Shown here: in pieces, positions 40,881-52,600 of the stretch
How the letters are laid out: each line of letters opens with the position of its first letter
How positions within the stretch are numbered: the stretch's first letter is position 1
Assembly (NCBI RefSeq): GCF_006345805.1
Contig: NC_043008.1
Location: 46,624,001-46,688,000 of the forward strand
Origin: Octopus sinensis
Lineage: Eukaryota
Length of the DNA: 64,000 nucleotides
Direction: 5' to 3'
The notes under the pieces: model-generated
What the model saw: the letters and a program-made list of their open reading frames with translations, nothing else
Told to the model about the DNA's origin: nothing
Databases searched by the model: none
Made by a program: the position numbers and the translations under genes

Positions 40881-42413
40881 TTCTTCCTAGTTCTTATCTC
40901 TAGATTTGCTAATTCAGATTTTGTTCAATCTACAATAATGGCTGATTATGTAAGTATACATGTAATTATTGTTATTATTATGGTGGTTGTTGTTTCTTAA
41001 ATAAAATTGCTAAAAACGGAAATATGGAAAAACCAAGAAATAAAAACGAAGCATGTGGATATTTACACTGTTCAGGAACAATCTTGTAGCCCGCCTCCCT
41101 TAGTTTTATGCATCACAGATTCGACTCTTGGATGAGTATTCCAAATTCAGTGCACTTATTGTTGTGGAGCTCAGAGGGATGCATTGCGAGGTTGTGACGA
41201 ACAGATTGGCTGCAGCTAGAGAAGTAGTTTTCCGCTTCAATGTACATCGGAAACATGTGTTAGCATTCCAAGTACTTTTGACAAGCTCCATTATATATTC
41301 CCGTGCATGTCACTAATTTCCTCACCTTTCGCCTTGCATGTTGTATGATATTAAACACCACAATATAATAGCGTTCAATACAAGCGAATCAATGAAGGAA
41401 AGGTATTATCCAAACGAAATTAAGCTTTCCTTTTATAAACAAGTGTATTTCATTTGGATTAATTTAAGCATTTCGTTTCATTTTTGTATTCTCTTACTGG
41501 TTTAAACATGTAATTCCGTGTATCTAACTTAAGAATTCCATTTAAACATTCCCGAGAAGTATTTGCATCGCAATAATTAAAACATTGTAAAGGCGACGAA
41601 CTTCAATTAGCACCTGTGAAGTTGAAAGTGCTACTGAAATAATGAATAAATTCCAATGAAGGAAATCCTAATAAGATAATTTAAGCAAGATACAGGCGTG
41701 TACGGTTAATCCTGTATCCACTTGCATTCATTTCTTACGGCAACGTGATGTAAACAGCTTAACAAACCTAGCATTCTTGAAGTTATCTGGTATAATATAA
41801 GACCAAATGAAAGGGACTACTCTCAACTCTTAGAGACTCTGAACTTCTCTTTTATATAATACTCTGTCTCTGTACAGGGAAATTATTTCAGAGCTCGTCT
41901 TCATGTTGTATAGTTAAAACATATTTTAAATCGATTCTTATATAATAGAATGGATCCTATCTTGTCTGCTATTTCTTTATCTTTTTTTTAAATATCGAAA
42001 GTGCACCTAAAACTATCTCTGCTGCACACCAGTCACCGAGACTTGTTGAAGACAAATTAAATAGATTTTTAAAATCCTTTTATCTCGTCAAAGCAGGTGA
42101 ATAAATTCTATTTAGCATTCTATTTTGTTACTTGTAAAAGCAGCAGAAACAGCAATATTCTTAGCAACAACAACAACAATGCAGGAAGATATAATGGTGT
42201 TGGTAACAACGCAATAACACAATCACTTTAATCTGATCTCAAACGTAACCTCCCAATCTCCGCACCGAAAATACATAAGAAGCACCAACTGTCTTATACC
42301 TGGTCACACATTCTTAACTTTCACAGACGATTCTTTACATGCATTAGCAGTAGCATCATCATCATAGTCACTCTATTCGTCCTTTTCACGACCATTATTA
42401 CTATTAAGAATTA

Positions 42414-42462
<49 letters not shown>

Positions 42463-42465
<3 letters not shown>

Positions 42466-43305
42466 TAGTTTTATTTTTATAGCGTGCTTTCACTTCACTA
42501 CAGAGCGCAGCTCTGTGTGCCTTAGGTATGTGCTGTGATTTGTTGTGATGCTCTGATGGTTATTGTATGGAAAGTGTTCTGCGTAGGATGAGTGCAGTGC
42601 CTAGTAGTGCAATTTTCTGTATGTTATATGTGTTTGTAAGAAAAGTGTTAAATCCTCTTTCACTAATTAATTGTTTTTTTTATATTTGTTTTATTATCAT
42701 ATCGAAATGTGCAAGTTTTTGTGTTGTTCATTGTGTGTGTGTTTCAATATGTTCTATGTGTGTGTTCTTCGTGTGTGTTTCACTATAACGTAATGTGTGC
42801 GTGTGATTTTATACAATGAAATGTCTGTAATTCAACCGGCGCCATTTAATGAGCTCATCTTTACAATTTTCACCGACGTTTGCATGCATAAAAACTTGTT
42901 ATATATCTCTGTGTAGATGTGCGTGAGTATATTGGAGTGTGTACACGGTGTAGCTAACATACTATTTTCCGTCAATCAAGTTAATTTCGAATTATTTTAA
43001 GAAGAAATCGGATTATATGAGACGAAGCTTGTCTTAAATACGATGCAGTCAATATCGGTGTTTTTGTGATTTGTTGTGATGCTCTGATGGTTATTGTATG
43101 GAAAGTGTTCTGCGTAGGATGTGTGCAGTGCCTAGTAGTGCAATTTTCTGTATGTTATATGTGTTTTTGTTATATATTTGTCTGAATATTTTTTTATCAT
43201 GCCTAATGCACCTACTATGATAGGAATTGTTTTTGTTTTTAGATTCCACATTCTGGTTACCTCTATTTCCAGGGTTTGGATTTTGAAAGTTTCTCCATTT
43301 CTCCA

Positions 43306-43306
<1 letters not shown>
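42463..43306 (-). mobile_element. R4/Dong-type LINE 3' end interrupted by a templated 421-bp insert
   Basis: Minus translation EKLSK..LEIEVTRMWNLKTKTIPIIVGALGMIKKYSDKYITKT..YNIQKIALLGTAHILRRTLSIQ*. (TAA)n on both sides in the element's sense. A 102-bp segment is present twice around the insert. Confidence 0.85.
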
Positions 43307-43341
<35 letters not shown>

Positions 43342-43345
43342 TGTA

Positions 43346-43379
<34 letters not shown>

Positions 43380-43486
43380 TTTGATGAAGATGAGGATGAT
43401 GATAACAACAAGAACAATAATAATAATAATAAGGATAATAGTAATAATAATAACAACAACAACAACAACTGGCAATAACAATGAAA

Positions 43487-44682
43487 TGAAGATTGCTACC
43501 ATTGGCCTAGACACCTACCTGAAAACTCTGAGGACTAGATGTTAAAACTTGTCTCAAAACATAAAAACAAGAAATCCTCATACTCAGTAACAAAACAGGC
43601 AAAGGGATATCGAAGTGAATTCCGAATAGAACAAATTTGGGAACAAGACCTACAAGAAACAAGCACAGAAAACCTAAGCGCATGAAAACCCGTGCTAAGA
43701 CTGCTGCCTTAGATATTCTTACTAATGAATGGCAAGGAAAAGTTGTGAATGGCAAATACTCAAAGAGAGCGAATAATGCAGATGTTGACAAAGCCCTGAC
43801 CCATCAATGGCTAATGGCTTCTGGCTTAAAATTTGAAACAGAAGGATTTATCATAGCAGCTCAAGATCAATGCCTACCTACAAGGAACTACCAGACCAAC
43901 ATATTAAAGAACGGCAGTAGCCCAACATGTGTTGTTTGTCGACAACAAAATGAAACCATTGATCATGTTGTCTCCATGTGTAATCTTCTTGCGTCTTCAG
44001 AATATCTCAATAGGCATGATAGAGCTGCACAATATATTAACTGGGTAATTTGCATAAGCCTGGAATTGCCCCATGATAAAAACTGGTGGGAACACAAACC
44101 AACTCCAGTGCTTGAAGATGACCACATCTCACTCCTCTGGAACTTCACCATTCAAACTGACGGAAAGATAGATGCGAATAGGCCAGACATCATGTTGAAA
44201 GGCTTCAGACAAAAAACATGCCTCCTCATTGATATGACTGTCCCAATCGATATAAACGTATCTGTCAAGACCTACCAGAAACTGAGCAAATATAAAGATC
44301 TTGAAATAGAAATTAGCAAAATGTGGAACCTGAAGACTGAAACACTACCTGTTGTCATAGGCACCCTGAGAATGATAGCAAAAGAGGCTGTTTGCTACCT
44401 AACTCAGATACCAGGAAACCCCAAAACGGCAGAAATACAAAAGATAGTGCTCATGGGAATAGCTCATATCCTACGCAAAATACTTTCAATGTAATCTCAA
44501 GTGTTAAAACAAACATAATTTCCCCATGGTCTTTTAGACATTCACTAGTACAACACTAAGTACAAAACCAAATATATGCCACTCTAGGCATAACACCAAC
44601 ATGAACTTCCAACTTGTTGTCTCTTGAGGTCTCCGGGTGAGACTTGGAGCCAACTTGCACAAATGTTAAGCAAAAGTCAAAC
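43487..44682 (+). mobile_element. R4/Dong-type LINE, 5'-truncated; open 285-aa frame (43637-44494) with CCHC knuckle and PD-(D/E)xK restriction-like endonuclease
   Basis: ETEGFIIAAQDQ; C-VV-C-x8-H-x4-C; NRPDIML...LLIDMTVP...KLSKYKDL; VLMGIAHILRKIL*. The 3' UTR runs directly into (TAA)n at 44683-44781. Confidence 0.93.
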
Positions 44683-44781
<99 letters not shown>

Positions 44782-46802
44782 GAATACTAATATTAATTCT
44801 AATACGATTCGAAACCATCGCTATTCTCGGATTGCTCTTTTCCACAGGAGGGCAGCACGACCGTTGTGTAATTCATATTACCTATCATATTTTATGCGAT
44901 AGATGTCACATCGCTAGTATTTTCAAGCTAAGCAGTCTGCTCGGCTACCATCACATTGCACTGTTTCTACCTACACAAATATGCATACGCTCATGCTGTT
45001 TATTGCACTCACTGAAGAACTGGGTAATACTTCCGGCTCCATTCCCACAGATTCTGGATTTGCTCTCCGAACTTTCTCGATCTTAGGTTCGTACCAATCA
45101 TTTGTTCTCGAAGTGCTATAAGTAGCGATTCGGTATTTACCTGTAGGTCTCCGTCCCTCAGCGTTTAGTAAAATACCTGAAAGTACTAAATTCGTTTTCC
45201 TCGACATTTTACATTTCTATACCTTTCTGGTCGTCACTAAAAATACTAATAACTCCACATGGTATGTCGAATATACACGCATATGTAAATTATCCTTTCT
45301 GCCAACGATGCAAATGCTTCTTAAATTGACAGCTGATGAATACCAGGAGTCAAATGTTGCAAGGTTTACACAATTAATATACATTACACATTTTTAGTTC
45401 ATTCTCTTCAAGATCTGCGTTAAAATTAATGGCTAGAGTTTCTTGATTCCAGACCGTACACCAGTAGTATAATCGGTACATATCTATTTTTTTTATATTT
45501 ATTATACATTTACAATATAATTTTCTAGTTCTGTACTAGTATTGGGACAAATAAAGCATCGTTTCTATGCATGTCCTGACAGTCTGTACCGTTGATTACA
45601 GCATAAAAGCGGAATAGATTTTCGTGGTCATAAATTTACTCTTTGTAAAAACTATAAATATCCGTCAAATGAGATGTAACATACACATTGTATCTTTTAA
45701 GTTGTCTCTGTATGCAAACGATTCTTCTCTATTAGAGAATATATGTAATTAAATATGTAAAAAACAAACAGAAATAGATTAGCTTAGATTAGCTTATTCT
45801 GAGTATGTGCAACTAATATTCTTGCGTTTATGCAGAGAAGTGAATTTAAGATGCATTAGGTATTGCGGGGTTGTAATACAAAAGATGACTAACCTCCAGT
45901 TAATTATCCACCCTTAAAACAATGACTCTCGACGGGATTTATATTGTACAATGCGGTAATATTCAAGTATAAGGAAATATTCAAGTACTGGGAACTATCT
46001 CTTGTGCTTACATCACAGCAGCAGTATCACACTTTAGTTATTAAAAACAAAATATATCCGTCTACGATAATTTCAAGCAGAAATTTTTGAAAAGCAATGA
46101 TGGAAGAATAATCAAAATATAAGCATCTCTTAATGTGGAAATGTGTAAAGGTGTATTCCAAGATAAATATGTACGAATGTAAAATATTGCAAAGTCCGCC
46201 TCTTCGAATGAGGAAGAGGATATTTATGTTATAATTGTAATGGATGAAAACTTTCCTAATCAGTGTTGATCCCTGTAATTTCCATTTCCCATGTGTTACC
46301 AAGTCTTATTACATATGTTTATGGCTTCATGATTAACTAAAACTACAGGAAACTGTGCGCAACATCAAATATCACAGATAGTTGCAGCTGAGTTTACGTT
46401 ACTAAAAAATTTCTCGTCAGCTAAGTTTTCTGCGTAAATGATACTCAGGAAAAAATCGTTCTGTGAATTTTCATCAGTTACTTAGCAAGTTGCGTTAAAC
46501 AAGAATTTACTCATTTTCTGATAGATGCACACACACTCGGGCATATATGTGTTTCTGTTTCTCATTAATCTCTTGTAAAGCTACGTGAGTTGGGGGGGTG
46601 ACACATTCGTGCTTTGCACTTAACGAAGACAGTTCTTTTGGAGAAAAACTTATCAAGCAACAGATTTCAAGCATTTTCCGTTAAATAATGAGTAGTGAAG
46701 AAAAGAAGGGAGAAAAATAAGGGTAGAGAAAGAAACATTGTAAGACAGAATCGAAGAATCTGCACACCGTCACACAATGAAGACAAAGATACACACTCAT
46801 AA

Positions 46803-46857
<55 letters not shown>

Positions 46858-47049
46858 TATATATACACATAAAGATGGTTATAAGAACGCATATATAATA
46901 TATTACATCCTTTATATCCGACTGAGTATAAAAGTGCTCTCATGCAGGCAGCCATAAACATCCATATGTATTGTATACATAACAATTATGCATTTCTAGA
47001 TGCCTACATACACATATATAACAACAGACCTACATTTACACACACACAT

Positions 47050-47114
<65 letters not shown>

Positions 47115-47410
47115 GTACATATGTATGCAGATTGATCAAAATGGTATTCTAAACATTCAGCTGGTTGGAGCATTCGAAGAGGTACAAAAGTTGTCAAAAT
47201 CCCAACTCTCAGAGAAACACATTTGAAATCTCATGAGTTGACTATGAATGAAAGATCTAATTTGGTTAATATAGCATAATAAGAAACGTGAAAACCAGAC
47301 TGTTTTTAATTTATTCCATTAACATAATATTCTATACACATTCACACAAATTGGAAACAATATATATGTACATATATTTCTCTCTCTCTCTCTCTCTCTC
47401 TCAATATATA

Positions 47411-47554
<144 letters not shown>

Positions 47555-47650
47555 GTTTAAGAGTCAGAAACACCTTCAAGCAACTCAAACAATATTGAAC
47601 GACATTATCTATGATAGAGATATAAGATTAAATTTTATCAAATTAATATC

Positions 47651-47926
47651 TGTAAATATATGTGACAATTATTTGGTACCCATGATAAAATTCCGAGTTT
47701 CGGATGTCGAGCGGAAACCCATGCCACCATCTCTTCAGTTATCCGGCCATCGAAAACATATACAGGATATATATATATATATATGAAAAAAATAGAGAGA
47801 GGGACACTTCTATAGCATTGTTTTGATGGCCGGATAACTGAAGGGATGGCAGCTTGGGTTTCCGCCCCGAAATCCGAAACTCGTAATTTTATCATGGCTA
47901 CCGAATAATTGTCAGATATTATATTT

Positions 47927-47929
<3 letters not shown>
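47651..47929. mobile_element. Older, diverged fold-back element, family E, with decayed HHR in each arm
   Basis: Arms 47651-47758 and 47819-47929 are imperfect reverse complements (e.g. cagttatccggccatc / gatggccggataactg) around a TA-containing spacer. Confidence 0.8.
47684..47743 (-). ncRNA. Degenerate type I hammerhead motif (mirror copy on + at 47833-47893)
   Basis: GATAA-CTGAAGA-GATG[21 nt]CATC-C-GAA-ACTC[G]GAAT-T-TTATC. CUGAAGA/GAAA core, 5-bp stem I, near-palindromic stem III with a C-A mismatch. Confidence 0.5.
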
Positions 47930-47958
<29 letters not shown>

Positions 47959-48374
47959 TATATATATATTATATATATATATATAATGTGTGTGTGTATA
48001 GTTAGATAGGTAGATATTCGACAGAATAACGGTTATATATACAACTTGAACAGACATACATATAAGTACATAAAAATACGTTTATATACACACACGCAGA
48101 GACGCTTACTCACTTACGCAAATACATACATAAATACATGCATGCATAAACACATATACATCATGAACTAATTGATACTTTCTCAGATGCAGCACGAACT
48201 TTTGTCGGTGAAAAGGTCGCAGCTTCGAAACGACGAAAATAATTTGGCACTAATTATATTTCGATGTTGAAGTAAAACTGTTTTCGTGAGTTCTTAAATG
48301 GCTTACAAACATCTTCCACAATTTCATTGTAGATAAATACATATGTATGTATATATATGTATATATATAATGCA

Positions 48375-48440
<66 letters not shown>

Positions 48441-48753
48441 GAGAGGAAGGGATGGACTGAGAGAGAGAGAGAGAGATAATTGTGATGATAATGTATTATT
48501 CTATTTTGGTATAAGTGTACTAAAATAATGTTTTGTTCAGCTGCGCGTGTGACACTGTGCATACACATTCACTGACACACAAGGCATATATGCAAAATTT
48601 TACACGCATGTACATATCGGCATATACATACCTAGAAGCGAGCATATGAAAGTGTAAGCTTACATATACACACAAGACTTGTATATCTGTTATAAATAAT
48701 ATATTTTTATATAAGCATATATATATATATATACATATATGTATGTATGTATG

Positions 48754-48853
<100 letters not shown>

Positions 48854-49217
48854 CACATATGTGTATACATACATACATATACATACATACAACATGCATA
48901 TATAAATAGATGTATACATATATATATATATATAAGGTAAATAAAACAAGGTAGAAAATGCTAAAATAATTTTATCATAAAGTACATTTTCGTACCGGTC
49001 CCCGTCTTTTAGACTTTGTCAACTAAGAGTAGAATAAGAAAGATAAGAAAAACAAATTGGGGAACAAACTTTGGTGAAATATTTTGTAGATATTTCTATA
49101 GTCTTTAAATAGTTTTCTGATAGTCTGTCGCCCTCTCTCTATTCCCGTTATTTTACCATTTCCTACCTTCTCTTATTCTCCTGATACTTATCTACTCCTG
49201 TGTTGCGTTTCTACCTT

Positions 49218-49282
<65 letters not shown>

Positions 49283-49470
49283 ATATATATATGTATGTAT
49301 GTATGTATGTATTTATGTATGTGTGTATGTATGTATATATAAATATTCGAAGGAGACCTTCGAAGACCGAAGTGGAGAAGGGTTCCGTGCCAACGCGGTC
49401 GAGTACGGGTCAGTCGGTCATAAGAAGCGGGCGAAAGCTTCCACGAAAGGCGCCTGATCCGTATATATAT

Positions 49471-49510
<40 letters not shown>

Positions 49511-49668
49511 CGACGGGCTTCTTTCAGTTTCCGTCTACCAAATCCACTCACAAAGCTTTGGCCGGACGATGTAGTAGAAGACACTTGCACAAGGTGCCAC
49601 GCATTGGGACTGATCTCGAAACCATGTGGTTGGTAAGCAAGCTACTTACTACACAGCCACTCCTGCGC
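49511..49668 (-). mobile_element. tRNA-derived SINE, third family
   Basis: Minus strand 'gcgcaggagtggctgtgtagtaagtagcttgcttaccaaccacatggtttcgagatcagtccc...gcaagtgtcttctac...ggatttggtagacggaaactgaaagaagcccgtcg' has a tRNA-like head and ends at (TA)n. Confidence 0.8.
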
Positions 49669-52600
49669 TCATATATATGTGTGGTACCTCATATATATGT
49701 GTGTGCTCTGTCTGTGTGTGTCTGGTATGTGTGTGTGGTGTGTCTGTGTAATGTGTGCGTGAGTGTTGTGTGTGTGCGTGGTGGGTGTTATGTGTGTGTG
49801 CAACACAATGTGGAGTAATCGTTAGGCTTTAGTCACGCACCTGTCACTAAGATTCCCCTAAAACAATCATTTGTCTCATCTAATTTCTTATCTAATTGTT
49901 GCTCTAAATAAATGTATAGAATTGCATTCGTGTGTGCTTACCTCTGTTGTCCTATGGTTTATATAAATCTCAAAACAACGGAGAAGTGTATGTGTGTGTT
50001 TGTGTGTATGTGCATATGCGTGTATGCTGCGTTTGAGGGCCACATAATCCATACAAAAGCATTTGAGAGCCACATAAACCGTACAAACTTTTGCGTAATT
50101 ATTTACTCCTGCAGTTAAGGAAGAAATCGTTTCGAGTGCTCAGTATAATCTAAGGTAGCTATATGTTAATCATGGAAGTCGTTTTTGATAAGTGTACCGA
50201 CTATAAATCAATCAGATGTAGAAACGAAAAAACAGTGAGGAAAATAATTTTAAATAAACATCAATGTTGCCTTTTTTTTATCGTAACTAAAACTAGTATA
50301 TTTGTGCATGTACTGAAGTCTTGTTTTATTAATTGACCGCATGTTTAGTCATTGCATATCTGTTCCTAGAAAGGAAAATGTGTAACTTTGTTACATTATA
50401 GTTGACACATTGTTTCATGTTAATTTTCTTTTGCACATTTTACAGGTTATATCAGGAAGTCACGCTTAGATGTACTGCAGACTCCACTTCCGTTATTCCA
50501 TTGAAATTCCCTGAACGTTCAACAGAAACAAATGTGCCTAATCAAAAGTAACTCGACTGGATGTATTTCCTCTTATATGATAAAATTCTAGCTGTGGAAA
50601 CGATTTAAGAATGGACAAGAATTAACAATCCTTTGACACAATCCACCACTACTTTGTGTTCGACTGACATTTGCACTCCAAGACAAACTGATAAAACCGT
50701 TTCTCTAAGGATTACTTATAGCTGACATTGTACTAAGGAATGTGAAGAAAGAACATTGCTATCATTTTATTTGTATCTTATAAAACAAATTCAATATTAT
50801 TTGCTTTGATGACAACCATTTTGAGAAAGATAATTCTAAAGAGCGATACAATCGTTTCACATGGGAAAATGGAAATCTATATCACATCTCTTTGAAAAAT
50901 AATTTACCTTGGAAATGTTATTGCATATTTTATGAGGATTTGAAGATACAAATAATAAAATATTTCTCAAAGTCAATTTTACTGAGGAATCATCTCTATA
51001 CTCGCTCTGCTGAAATTCAACGAAGAAGGATGAGGTTTTCAAAACTATCTCTCAAGTTAAATTCTTTGATATATTTTCTTATGAACAACAATCTTGTATC
51101 AGCTAAAAGTTAGTTTATACAGAAATGTATATAGCAGATTATAAAAACAAATATGCCTTGCATAGAAAAGAATAGCAATTAGATTAGTTTCACGCTTAAA
51201 TCACCACACAACCAGCACCTATTTTATCTGTCCTAAGAACCACTAGGTATTAACTTAGCATTAGTAAGGACTTAATTAAATCAGTTGGACAATAACCATA
51301 AATATTTCCTTCTTTGCAGTTCCTTGAATTCCTGGTGCGGTAACATTGTTACACCGTGTCTAGACATGATTATAGAAAACGCCTGACACACGGCAATCAT
51401 TTGCAAACCAACAGGACAGAAGGAAGGCAGAGGGTCATTTTTATCACTTAAGACTAAGATGAATAGAATAAGAAATGGAATACTTACTTTGTTAAATTGT
51501 GTAACCTTGTACAAATACTCGAGGAATCTTCAGAGAATGCCTTTTTTGAAGAGTCTTATAAGGGAGACATCCTGAAATGGCAATACAAATGAAAAGAATC
51601 AATAACTGGAGGAGGTCACGCGGTATTTAAGATGCTAGGTAAAACAAATGCATGCAGGATGGATTCTCGGTAATAAATTGCGTTTCGTGTACAACTTATT
51701 CCTCATTAGCATATACCTTCAAATAGTTAAATATATATTAAAGGTACATTTATATTAAGTATTAATATATACGTTAAAGGAATAAAATATTCCATTTGAA
51801 CTCTTCAATTATAACAGGACATCAAACATCAAACCCTATATATTAATAAACTTATCCTATGAAGATGCTTTTAATTGCAGGTGATATGGAGACTGTTTAA
51901 AAGGTAAATGGATGCATCCGTTTAATAAGTGGTGGTCCTATGGATATTTTGGAATAGCTTAAATAAATATAGAACCCAAGTGGACGAAACGGAATAAAAA
52001 GAGATAGCAGTTTGCATACATATTGTTAATTAGTAACGGAACTGATCAGAAAAATAAGTGATATGTTATGTTCAAAGACGGAGTATAATTGCTAGAACCT
52101 TTGAGATCAAGTACAATAAAACGTAGAATCGAGCGTAACGTTGTCTGGTTTATCAATGGAAAATTGGTTTTGTGTGATGTTTAATAATAATAATGCTAAA
52201 TAATTATTAGATAATTATGCTTCTAATTATTTATGGAACAGTATTAAGTGTAAAATCCTTATCAGCACGCATTTATAATTCTTATAAATGCGTGTTGATA
52301 TGCGTGATTTATAAGAAAAATATTTTGAACACATCCGGAATAAACCCGAACTTACGATAGGTTTCTCTTGGTAATATATACTCGCTTTTACCTCGAAATG
52401 TCAACATATGTAGGTGCCTGGTGAATACTATTTTTATTAAGCTAACAGAAAGTTAAATAATTAAATATCTAATTTTTCTATTATAATTTCCTTTCACGAT
52501 GTACACGTTGTCAAGAAGGTTGTTAAAAACACGTCTTCTTTTACAGAAACTAGCCATCGTTTGCATCAAAGTCTGAAGTAAAACAAACTCTTACATCGAT

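Noticed and set aside
45013-45176. Possible minus-strand exon (GILLNAEGRRPTG...), 36 or 164 nt
   Set aside because: Splice signals are plausible but there is no homology or partner exon; expected by chance in 64 kb.
45330-45365. CTGATGA followed by GTCAAATGTT
   Set aside because: GAAA is absent and the stems do not pair.
48200-48240. Remote resemblance to the family A/B hammerhead (..gcttcgaaacga..)
   Set aside because: Core has three or more mismatches and no NUH triplet.
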